Assembly: GCF_001194135.2 (NCBI RefSeq)
Contig: NC_068986.1
Location: 109,348,805 to 109,404,302, forward strand
DNA from: Octopus bimaculoides
Lineage: Eukaryota
Direction: 5' to 3'
Length of the DNA: 55,498 bases
The notes under the pieces were generated by a model, which saw only the letters and a program-made list of their open reading frames with translations, made no database searches and had not been told where the DNA came from. Below, one piece after another: positions 37,921-49,020 of this stretch. Each line of letters begins with the position of its first letter. Within the stretch, counting starts at the first letter, position 1. Made by a program: the position numbers and the translations under genes.

Positions 37921-37952
37921 TTCGTTCCCTTCTGGATCCACTGCAGGGGCTC
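37921..37952 (-). CDS. TIMM50: Tim50 coding exon 2 (32-nt microexon, (G)APAVDPEGNE)
   Basis: ttgcag acceptor, gtaagt donor; phase 1 to 0; resembles vertebrate Tim50 GNNPVDENGAK. Confidence 0.9.
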
Positions 37953-38971
37953 CTGCAACAAATAATATATATACATCTGTTATAATTGGGATATGTATTT
38001 GTATCCAGGTGGTTAACTTAATTATATCGTGACCAGAACATTTTTTTACAATCTCCATCATTTCAAAGCAAGAAAGCAAGTATTAAGTGAGTTTGCAAAC
38101 ATTTATTCTGCAAGGAACGTGTGTGTGTAATGGAATTTTTAGGCGACTAAGCATATATTGTAAATGTGTTAGCTATTATAAAAATAAACAGAAGAAACGA
38201 TAATGTGCTTTAGAAACAGCGCAAAGGTTGAAAACTTCTTTATTAGGACATAATATGAAACACACATACAACACAAACGCATGACATTAAGCTCAATAAA
38301 CTCACACGTACACAAGATGAAACACACAACTATTTGCTGTCTTTTTTTTTTTTCATGACTTTGTCAAAAGACGAAAGGCAGCAATCGTGTTCCTTCTCTG
38401 TGTCTGTTGGGAAAAAAATTATCCTTAGACAAGAGACTTGAACCGAATGCTTCCAACAGAGTAGACACTGTGAAAAATACGGAAGGACCAGTTGGTGATA
38501 TTAAACCAAGCGATTAAGTCGACCTTTCCTTATTTCAAATAGTAGGGTGCTGTTTGAGAAATACATGGCTGCTATTTCTAGCAAGTCGAAACAACCACGT
38601 AGAGATCCTCCTGTTCGAGTATCTTTTATCACGCATGTAGCATGGATTATGTTTTCTTTGATTCCTTACTTGTAATGGTAATAACTGAAGCAAAAATTTA
38701 TATGTAGACAAAATATGGCAAAAGGTAATAAATATTGATGTGCAGGGATAGAGAAGTGTAGAAATTTAATCATTAAATCAACAAAAGTGGAGCGATGAAT
38801 GCGAATGACACCTATATGACCTCTCACAAGTCGACGGCGAACAAATGCAAAGAAAATATCAAATGACAGAAAAAGTAACAAATACGAGAAGACAGTAGAC
38901 AGGAATAAACGATAGAGAGGCAGGTAGTAAAAGTAATCAATGCAAAGGTAAATTAAATCGCTTGTACATAC

Positions 38972-39422
38972 CCCAAATACTAATGAGTACGCCGGTCGTC
39001 AAGGTAGCCCAACCTCCGAGCAACAGTAAACCTAACTTCCATGCATTTTTACCGGTCCATCTCGAAGATTTTTCCTTTTTAGATCCTGAAGAAGAACTGG
39101 ACTGTTCTGTAGCCCCATCTTTCGAAGGTGAAGAACCTGAAGCAGCTTTGATATTGGAACTAAGGATGTCGCTTGTGAGGGAACCCAGGTCGGAAGTGCT
39201 TCTACTCCGGACACTTCGACGGTCAGGTGTATCGGCTTCTGTGCTTAAAAGTCGTTTCACATTCTCCAGACGGACACAGAGTGTGTTTAAATCATTACTG
39301 GACATTAAAGTTCTTACGATTGTGCATTTCAAACGCGATTCTGAGGTAAAATGATGAGTCAATATTGGATAGCATAGATTTATCCTCCTTGAAAGACACA
39401 TGTACCTCGTGAAGGCCGCCAT
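38972..39422 (-). CDS. TIMM50: Tim50 coding exon 1 (presequence-like N-terminus, Ser-rich linker, transmembrane segment)
   Basis: ATG at 39422 (MAAFTRYMCLSRR...), Arg-rich N-terminus, hydrophobic stretch AWKLGLLLLGGWATLTTGVLISIWG, donor gtatgt after 38972; 451 nt, phase 1, joins exon 2 in frame. Confidence 0.9.
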
Positions 39423-39530
39423 GTTATTAGTGGTGGGGGAATTGTGGGTAATTATATTACTCCTCCGCCACCGTCACCACCACAACGACGACGACCACCA
39501 CCACCACCGCCACTGCCGGTCTTTTATGTG
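39423..39530 (-). promoter_or_regulatory. Probable TIMM50 5' UTR/promoter-proximal GC-rich (CCA/CGA)n tract
   Basis: Local CpG enrichment just upstream of the ATG in an AT-rich background; no TSS evidence. Confidence 0.4.
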
Positions 39531-39643
39531 GAATTGTTTGAATGAGTGACTTTGGTATCGCAGGAGTTATAACCGAATCTGGATGACTAGCTCTCACAGA
39601 AATTATCATCTATAGACATTAATGAATATATATAAACACACGT

Positions 39644-39678
<35 letters not shown>

Positions 39679-41338
39679 CAAATAAAGGGTAAAGGATTAT
39701 TAATTTATTAATAAATTAATAATTTTTATCAAGTACTTCGGTATGTAAAAACCATTATCGGTAAAGAACTTATTTAAAAGTTCTTTTAAATTTATAAACA
39801 TAATTAAGGGATCAGCAACTGTTGCTTCACCACATACCGAAATTTAGAAATAGCAGTTAAAGTGCTAAAGCTCAACGTTTGATAAGTGCCAACGCACGAA
39901 ACTCTTGGTCCTTGAATCACTTTATTGCTTCTGCTAAATATTAATAAAAAAGTATTTACTTATACTCATTTTTGAATTCTGTTTTTCCCTGTTTGCACCA
40001 TAAAACCTGTTTATGTGTAAACACGCACACACACATACACATGTAAGTCGTTGACCTCGGTGGAATACGAAGGCAGTATATAAAAGAAGGTAACTTAATA
40101 AATAACTCAAGGATTTTGGTCTGTCGCTCCCTTGTTTCTGTCATTCTGTGGGCCTTTTGAACAAAATCATAATTATAATGACAATTTCTAATTTACGAGC
40201 AAAATCCTCAGATTTGGCAGAAAGAGATTGTCGATTACGATCGGTGCCGGTTCCTAGCAGGTATTTATTTTATAGACCCGGGAAATATGAAAGACGAAGT
40301 TGACCTTGACGCGATTTGAAATCAGAACGTAAAGCGGTGTAACAAAACACTACATGATTTCCATTTCTTCAGCGCTCTAATAATTCTACCATTCATCGTC
40401 TTTGACAACGATAAAAAAAAATTCTAATATAAACACAAAACTAAAGGTATATTCCGTAAATTCTAAGGTGACTGGGTGAAAGGTAGGTCGGCCTAGGCAG
40501 GATTTGAACTGACGACTTAAATACCTCTAGGTATTTTGTCTGCCGATCTGCCGAATCTGTTATCCTTTAGGTTTAATAAATAATGATCATTATTGAAGAT
40601 TTTAAGGTTAAACAACGGCCAAACTAAAGGGTTTGACCCGAGCAGAAAAAAAAAAAAATGGTATAATAGGTGTAAAACAACTTGCTGTAAACGAATATAA
40701 AAAAAAATTCGCGAATGGGTGGGTGGGGGAGAGGACTCTGAAAATTCACATCGGCAGACCATGACCTTTAAACTCTAGTGTTTGACCCGAGCAAAAAAAA
40801 AAAATTTTTTAATAGTGTAATAGCTGTACAAGAACATGTCCTTTAAACTCCAGTGTTTGCCCAAGGTGCCATGCAGTGGGACTGTACCAGGAACCGTGTG
40901 GTTGGGAAGAATATCCATTTTCTTTAGGGAAAAAATCGGATCGTGTGAATTGTCCTGTTCCTCCCCCCTCCCACTGTTCGCCAGTAAGCGTTTTCAACCA
41001 TAGTCTCGGGCTGACCAACGCGTCCTGGAGGCCGAAGGTGGCATTTCAGTCTAAAAAATTATCTACGCTATAAACGAAGATGAAAACAAAAATTTGCACA
41101 CATAGTTTCAAAGAACGAAAATATTTAGACACAAACGAATTTTAAATTTTGCAGTGAAAGTAACAGCTTTTGTTGTTCTGGAATTGCTTACAAACATCTT
41201 ACACGCTGCAAATTCTCTTAAATATTCAACCTTATTCTGGCCCCTATTTACAAAACTTTCCATTCTTTTTTATTTTTTTTTTATTTGATTCTTTATACAG
41301 AGAGTTCATGTTAAAATAAATTCTCTTTAACATTCGTA

Positions 41339-41512
41339 GATGTAGGAGTGGCTGTGTGGTAAGTAGCTTGCTTACCAACCACATGGTTCCAGGTTCAGTC
41401 TCAATGCGTGGCAACTTGGGCAAGTGTCTTCTACTATAGTCTCGGGCAGACCAAAGCCTTGTAAGTGGATTTGGTAGACGGAAACTGAAAGAAGCCCGTC
41501 GTATCTCCTTGT
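41339..41512 (+). mobile_element. SINE family B 5' half
   Basis: gtaggagtggctgtgtggtaagtagcttgc...aagaagcccgtcg. Confidence 0.85.
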
Positions 41513-43169
41513 TTCTGTCCTTATTTCTTTCTGTGTTCCCTTCAGTTGAAGAGCATAGCTCGAAACATCAAAGACTTTCTCTATTCCTGAGCGTTAAACT
41601 AATACATCCATTTATTGTTTACACCACCTGTCTTCGTCTGTTGTTTTTTTCGTAAATTCTCCCATGTACATATATATATATGTGTGTATATGTTGACAAT
41701 TCATGCTAGTGTGTTTACGTCCCCGTCACTTAGCAGTTCGGTAAAAGGAACTGATAGAATAAGTACTATGGGTCGATTTGCTCGACTAAAGGCAGTGCAG
41801 AGTAAAGCCACTTGGCACAGGTTGACCTTGATTTCTGCTGTGCATGTGCACTAAGTTATAATGTTCTTGTTCACTTCCGCTTTTTTGCAGCACTGCTTGG
41901 AAGGAAGATGTGTAGCTTGTGATTGTCGCATTGACCATAACAGAGAAAGTTGTCATTGTGTATACATATACATATTCCACTCACCCAATTTTCCCCCTCT
42001 CATGACTTTCTCATCACCCACTCATCTCATTGTCACTGATTCTGCCATCACTTGTCTAATATTGCACAATTCTAAAGCCGTAATTAAATGACAGTAGAAC
42101 TACATACTTCATCATCTTTTTCTATGTTACCAGTTCCCTCTGGCACTGCCAGGAACCACTTCCTTTGTTAGCCATCCTTCATTCTTAACATTGTCCCTCT
42201 CCACTCACATTTTACATTGCTCACCCTTTGTGTTACCAATGATCTCTCCCTCTGTTGACTCACCTTTTACCCTGTGGTTTTCACTCTCCCTATGCACTCT
42301 TGAGAATTACTCACCATCCATCTCTCCTTCAAGGACAAGGAACTAGTTATTTATTTTGCACAAAAGATGGCTTCCACCAGATATGTTTTACAAAACTATG
42401 ATCATTGCTGAAAAGAAAAATAGATTCAAGATGGCATTGATGACTACACATATTCCTCTCACCCTTCATATATGTGTAGTTAGAATGATAGGTTAGCAGT
42501 TGGCAATGATAGAGAGTTGAATTCTTTTAGATTCTTGAGTCAAACACCTATAAAAAAGAGTTGGAATGGATAATGCCATTTTTCTGCCTACAAGACAAAT
42601 TCCCAGTAATTGGCATTTCATTCCCGAGACATTTATCTTGTTTGGTATCACAACCCCTTTTGAGTTACACAATAAATAATATTAATTAAGGAAAATTAAT
42701 GAAATAACATAAAGAAAATTAAAAAATAATATTTCCAGTTTATTTGAAATGTAATAACAAAATGAATTAATGATTATTAGAATATAATTAAAACAAACAT
42801 AATTGATTTAATAAAATGGACAGTGGGTAGAGTTCTTGGCACAGAATAGATAAAGGGAGTTAAAGAAATATATTATGGACAGGCAGTATGCTACATCTAT
42901 TGGTAAATGTGTGTATGTCTATATATTATATATACAAACACACAGACTCTCTCTCTGTTTCTCTCTCGTGCACATACACACACACACACAATATACAAAC
43001 TGAAAGAAACATTACACACAGACGTTAGCTTACATTGACATCTATGTCTGAGTGGCTAATATAGATAAATACATGCATGCACACACACACACATACACAC
43101 AAAGAAGTATGAAACACATACGCATCCACGTTTTAAAGTCTTAGCAAAAATTTGTGCCTTCAGTAGATA

Positions 43170-43722
43170 CAGGGCGAGGCATAAAGATCTTCCACATTTG
43201 AAGGAGACATCTTGTGGACGTAAACAGAAGTAGAGAGGTGAGACAGGTTTCATTTGGAAGGCTAAGATCTACCATTTTTGAAATAACTATTAATCACTCG
43301 AAAACTTCTTTCCTTTTTTAGGTTCTACCATTTTTTTGTATTCATCATTAACTATTCAAATACTTTGAGGGAGGCTGGTAAGGTCACCAGATTTAAGCCC
43401 TTGTGACTTTTTCCTTTGGGGATACATAAAGGAAACAGTTCTTCAACATTGTCCTTGAACTTTTGAGGATTTGAAAGAAAGGATTTGTGAGGAAATCAAT
43501 ACAAAACCACCTGAGACATAGAGTCTTGGAGAACTTCTGGGAACAACAGCATCAATTTATTTCCAACAATGGCAACTATTTGCCTAATATAGTTTAGTTT
43601 TTAAAACCCAGTAAAATAAACTGTTTTTTATGTACTTTTCAGAAACATAATTTTTTTCCTAGATGGTTGTGTTCTCTTTTTGTATTCATTTACAATGTGG
43701 GAGATCTTTATACCCCACCCTG
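43170..43722 (+). mobile_element. Non-autonomous mariner-type element, 553 bp, ~29-bp TIRs, TA TSD
   Basis: ta|cagggcgaggcataaagatcttccacatt ... aatgtgggagatctttataccccaccctg|ta; internal RSPDLSPCDFFLWGYIK at 43381-43430. Confidence 0.9.
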
Positions 43723-43845
43723 TATATCTTGTGCAAGGGTGAAAGTTGTAAATATATGTTTGTGTGTGTATGTGATTAATTGCAGGTGTATATACACACT
43801 CACACACTCATATACACATATATATAACCATTTGTCTTAACATCC

Positions 43846-44155
43846 CTATTGTATTCCTGTGAAACTTGGACTTGTTATGAAAGGTATTTTAAACAGTTAG
43901 AACAATTCCACCAAAAATGCCTTCGTGATATTTTAAAAATTAAATGGAATTCTTTTACTCCAAACACAGATATCCTTGCATCTGCAGGCATCCCCTCAAT
44001 TAAAGCCATGATTCTGAGGAACCAATATACTACAAACGATCGTGATATCTGAGACAATAAAAATTTACAAGACTTTCTTAAGATTAAGAGGATGATAAAC
44101 AAAGCAAGATGCTTTTTTTCACAACCTTGCTACCAAGAAGCGGGGCAGTCAAGAT
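43846..44155 (+). mobile_element. RTE-clade (BovB-like) LINE RT C-terminal fragment
   Basis: LLYSCETWTCYERYFKQLEQFHQKCLRDILKIKW...NTDILASAGIPSIKAMIL. Confidence 0.85.
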
Positions 44156-44294
44156 TTACATACATACATATATACATACATACATACAAGCACAGCATAT
44201 AATCAAAAGGTACACACAGGCTTCAAGTATGTATCGTTCTTGTCCTAATTTTATTTTGCCTCTTACTCTACTTTGATAAAGGGTTCGTCTAAAA

Positions 44295-44520
44295 CAGGGG
44301 TTCTCAACTGGAGTCCATATGGACCCCAGTGGTCCATATAAGTTATTAGTGTGGGAGGGTTTCCACACATGATAAATTGAGGACCCATGGTAATTTTTCA
44401 GGAACCAAGTAAATATTTTCACAATTTTTATGCAATTCTTAATAATATTTAATCATAAAAAATACTAAAAGATTTTCTAAACATTGGATGGCTATGAGGG
44501 TCCAACCAAGTAAAATAGGA
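44295..44520 (+). mobile_element. hAT-type non-autonomous element left end
   Basis: Starts caggggttctcaac; related fragment near 17810-17940. Confidence 0.5.
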
Positions 44521-44549
44521 ATTAACTGTAAACCTATTTTTGGGCCACC

Positions 44550-44580
<31 letters not shown>

Positions 44581-46149
44581 ACGTGAGAGAGTTAGGGGTT
44601 GGGGGTTCAACCCACTAAGGGATAGTATCTATCCAGTATACTGCTGGGAGGGTACCCAATTATTGCTACACTAGTGCTATACTAGGTGCAATCAATGGGA
44701 GCGGGTAAAAGTGGAGGTTTTATATATATATATATATATGTCTCGGAGTGGTTGGTGTTAGGAAGGGCATCCAGCTGTAGAAACTCTGCCAGATCAGATC
44801 TGGTTCGCCAGTCCTCAGTCAAATCGTCCAACCAATGCTAGCATGGAAAGCGGACGTTAAATGATGATGATGATGTCTTCGACAGGCGAGTCCATCATAT
44901 ATATGTGTGTGTGTGTGTGTATACACAGACAGACAGACAGACAGGCAGACACACACATGTAAGGAATCAATTATTATTATATATCAGATTGAAATATATA
45001 TATGTTAGAGATGGATGTAGTTTGCTCTACATCAGGTTTTCCAATGTGTATTTGTTTAATAGTTAGAATTTATAGCAAAGCTTAGGATGTGATGTCGAAG
45101 TGTATGGGTTATTGAAATGTTGATGGTGAAGAGATTTTATATTAATCAAAATGAATAAAGTGGGGGTACCAGTTGGAGAGGGGATTGAAGTTTTTGTGTG
45201 AGTTGTAAAGCAAAAGACAAATGGTAATCAGAATAACAGAGTAACAGACAAAGAAAGAAAAGAAAACTTAGAAATAGTTTGGAAAATGATAAAGAACAAA
45301 GAATTTAGTTCTTAACAGAAAGAGTGGGGAGAGGGGGTAAGGAAGTTATGTTACTGGCATTGTAGTGGTGGTGGTGGTGGTGGTGGTGGTGGTGGAGTAC
45401 TTAGCTCCAAATAAAAGTGTGAATGGCTACAGAAAGGTTGCAATNNNNNNNNNNNNNNNNNNNNNNNNNNNNNNNNNNNNNNNNNNNNNNNNNNNNNNNN
45501 NNNNNNNNNNNNNNNNNNNNNNNNNNNNNNNNNNNNNNNNNNNNNNNNNNNNNNNNNNNNGGGGTATGGGGCATGTGTGAAAGGGTATCAAGATGATAAC
45601 TATAAAGGTTAAAGACTGCTTTTGGTATTCTTACAAAAATGTGAAATTTACAGAAAATTTAGGAAACCTAATATATAGAAAATAATATCAATGAAGTAAG
45701 CAACTTAACGACCCCTGGGTTTGAGTATAAAAATTGGATTCTAGATATATTTTTTATTATTAACGAATATATATTTGATAAATGTATTATATCAATAATA
45801 CAATAATATATTATGTCAATAATGAATGTATATTTATTATTAATAAACATGGGTATGAGTATAATAACAGCATCTCTCTGCCAAGTCGTGTTGAGCCAGT
45901 GTGATAGATTAGGCTCATCAAACCAGCGTGATCGCAAGCTCAAATTCATGGCCTGCACATCAAACCATGGTTGGTGGGGAGAGAATGCTGAGGCGGTCAT
46001 CTTGAATGAGCATGGGACAATCCAAGTCCAAAATATCAATGTTTTGAAATACAATGACCAGAAAAGATAAACAATAAAAATCCTTAAGTTATTAAAAGAT
46101 AAATAATATAAAGTATATTTAAGAACTGATGTATGGTTACATTTGGCAC

Positions 46150-46560
46150 ATTTCAAAGGCAGAATTGTTAGCATGCTGGGTGTAATGCTAAGCAGTATTT
46201 CATTTGTCACTACATCCTGAGTTCAAATTCTGCCAAGGTCGACCTTTGCCTTTCATCCGTTTGGGATCGGTAAATTAAGTACCAGTTGCATACTGGGGTT
46301 GATCTAATTGACTGCCCCCCCCCCTCCCACTCCTAACTTCGGTCCTTGTGCCTAGAGTAGAAAAGAATATTTTAAAGGTGGTGAGCCAGCAGAAACGTTA
46401 GCAGGCCAGGCGAAATGCTTAGTGGCATTTCGTCTGTCGTTACGTTCTGAGTTCAAATTCAGCTGAGGTTGAGTTTGCCTTTCTTCCTTTCGGGATCGAT
46501 AAATTAAGTACCAGTTGCATACTGGGGTAGATCTAATTGACTGGCCCCCCTCCCACTCCT
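46150..46560 (+). mobile_element. Two tandem SINE family D copies
   Basis: Heads near 46160 and 46378, both ending actgg/gccccccctcccactcctaac. Confidence 0.8.
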
Positions 46561-46579
46561 AACTACTGAGAGTAACTTC

Positions 46580-46761
46580 TAACTTCTAGTTCTGTATTTA
46601 AGAGATGAGGAATTATGTACATTATTTACATTATTTACATTTGACAGATATTTGTCCTCATCTTGTTTGTTGTTAACACAACGTTTCGGTTGATATACCT
46701 TCCAGCTTTCATCAGGTGTCTTGGGGAAATTTCGAATCTGGGTTCTCATTCAATGTTGTTG

Positions 46762-46800
<39 letters not shown>

Positions 46801-46987
46801 TTACTGCCTGGAATCGAACTCAGAATCTTGGGGTTAGTAGCCCTGTGCTCTTAATCACTATGCCATATGCCCAAGACACCTGATGAAGGCTGGAGGGTAT
46901 ATCAGCCGAAACGTTGTGTTAACAACAAACAAGATGACAAATATCTGTCAAATGTAAATAATGTAAATAATGTTTTAACTTCTAGTT
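46580..46987. mobile_element. Family E locus 6 (inverted structure, 12-bp TSD taacttctagtt)
   Basis: TSD at 46580-46591 and 46976-46987; the plus arm starts just before the hammerhead. Confidence 0.85.
46875..46920 (+). ncRNA. Minimal type I hammerhead ribozyme motif (second intact copy)
   Basis: gacac ctgatga a ggctg gagggtatat cagcc gaaa cg t t gtgtt, identical to the 23094-23139 copy. Confidence 0.65.
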
Positions 46988-47321
46988 TAAGACAATTCTT
47001 CTAAATATAATATAATATAATACATACAGAAACACAAAAGAAACTGACACAAATTCTCCAAAATTCAATAATCTGTTAGTGGCACAGTGAAGATCTGTAA
47101 GACATTCTAAAGATTCTCCTTCTGAGGTTCTTTAGGTGAATAGATGCACACCCAAATGCGTACATCGACAGTTCAACCAACACAACCAACTCAACCACAG
47201 ATTTACAAACACCGGGAACTCCCAAAAAAGCCTTGTCACTTTGTTTATGGGTGGCTTGAACTCTCTCAAGAAGAACTTAAATAAAACTCAAGGAAAAACA
47301 TTCACACACACACACACACAC

Positions 47322-47394
<73 letters not shown>

Positions 47395-47716
47395 CAGACA
47401 TACATACACATACATACATACACGCACATATACATACATATATACAGACACACACATACATACACACCCATACACACTCGTACATACCTACACACGCATA
47501 CATACATATACACACACACACACAAATACATACTTACATACATATATGTAGCTGCGTGGTAAGAAGTTTGCTTTCCAACCACGTGTTTAGGTTTCAATCT
47601 CACCTCATGGGACTTTAAGTAAATGTCTTTTTCTATAGCCCTGGGCTAACCTAAGCTTTGTGAGAAGATTTAGTAGACAGAAACCAAAAGAAGCTCATCA
47701 TTTATATATGTATTTG

Positions 47717-47769
<53 letters not shown>

Positions 47770-48220
47770 TTTAATTAAGTGAAACCTCTCAGACTTTAAC
47801 ATTCATAAAACATAGCCAAGCATAAACACCACATTATACACGCTATGACATATATATACCCACACATTAGTCATTATTCATTATTCATGTAATAAGAATG
47901 CAAAATTTGTATAAATGTTGTCTGCTTTTTCACTTGTTTCTTTGGTTCTTTTTTAACTATTTTCCTCAACTTAGATACGTTACTGACCCAATAGTTTGAC
48001 TGGTATATTTTCTAATTTGTTATTTGAATGTGATACTCCAAGGACTATCATCTTAATATCACTTGGTGACGGTTGGAGGGCAACAACAATGAAAATGCTG
48101 TCAGTAACTCAACCAAGATGAGAAAAATAGGAAAACAGGCATCATTATTAAGTTGGACCAGAAAAAAAAATGTCTAGACTGTGTAACGAATGATTGCCTT
48201 GGTTAAATGTCTGAAGTGTG

Positions 48221-48535
48221 TTAGTAAGAACGTGGATCTCTTTTCACTTGAACTGGTGACACAGATCGAGCTCTGGGTCGTCGCCGTCTTTGGTCCATCC
48301 ATCTTCTTGCATACGCCCCGGCAGTTTGCGTTCTCTTTTCCCTGTTTTGTACAGCTTCTTCATAACCACTGACGAATCCATCTTCCAGTTGAGCAAGAGA
48401 CATGTGTGGCATGGCAATCATGTGATGTGACTGAATCAACTTCTCCAGTCTGGAAATAATTTCATAGTCAGGAATTGCCAAAGTAGTCAAGTCAAGACCC
48501 AACATACGGCCGATCACGTTACGGAAATCCAACAA
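48221..48535 (-). CDS. CCDC170: CCDC170-like last coding exon (LLDFRNVIGRMLGLDLTTLAIPDYEIISRLEKLIQSH...DPRSY*)
   Basis: Signature DFR.V..MLGL....LA.PDYEII..LE.L; tttccag acceptor; TAA at 48221-48223. Confidence 0.93.
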   Translation of the reverse strand: MLDFRNVIGRMLGLDLTTLAIPDYEIISRLEKLIQSHHMIAMPHMSLAQLEDGFVSGYEEAVQNREKRTQTAGAYARRWMDQRRRRPRARSVSPVQVKRDPRSY

Positions 48536-48600
48536 CTGGAAATAAATGGTGGGAAAATAAAGAAATAGATGTATTAGTATGAAAGTGCTTATGTCCATTG

Positions 48601-48826
48601 TATTCTTTTATTCTTTTACTCGTTTCAGTCATTTGACTGTGGCCATGCTGGAGCACCGCCTTTAGTTTAAGAAATCGATCCGAGGACTTATTCCTTGTAA
48701 GCCTAGTACTTATTCTATCAGTCTCTTTTTGCCAAACCACTAAGCGACAGAGACGTAAACACAGCAACATCAGTTGTCAAGCGATGGTAGGTGGACAAAC
48801 ACAGATACACACACACACATACATAC

Positions 48827-48861
<35 letters not shown>

Positions 48862-49020
48862 AATATATTACGACAGGCTTCTTTCAGTTTCTGTCTACCA
48901 AACCCACTCTCAAGGCTCGAGGCTATAGTAAAAGATACTTGCCCAAGATGCCAAGTGGTGGGACTGAACCCAGAAGCATGTGGTTGGGAAGCAAGTTTCT
49001 TACTACACAGTCACTCCTGC
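48601..49020 (-). mobile_element. SINE family B, full length
   Basis: Tail to head as at 8445-8870. Confidence 0.85.

Noticed and set aside
38962-39354. 130-aa plus-strand ORF
   Set aside because: Antisense shadow of TIMM50 exon 1
40077-40087. TATATAAAAG on the plus strand as a divergent promoter
   Set aside because: Such motifs are expected by chance in AT-rich DNA and no downstream plus-strand gene was found
45668-46210. 180-aa minus-strand ORF
   Set aside because: AT-rich low-complexity sequence overlapping a dispersed repeat and a SINE D head; no splice or homology support
47136-47618. Long His/Thr-rich or Val/Cys-rich ORFs (also 223-463, 53174-53714, 5363-5707)
   Set aside because: Translations of (CA)n/(TA)n/(TACA)n microsatellites
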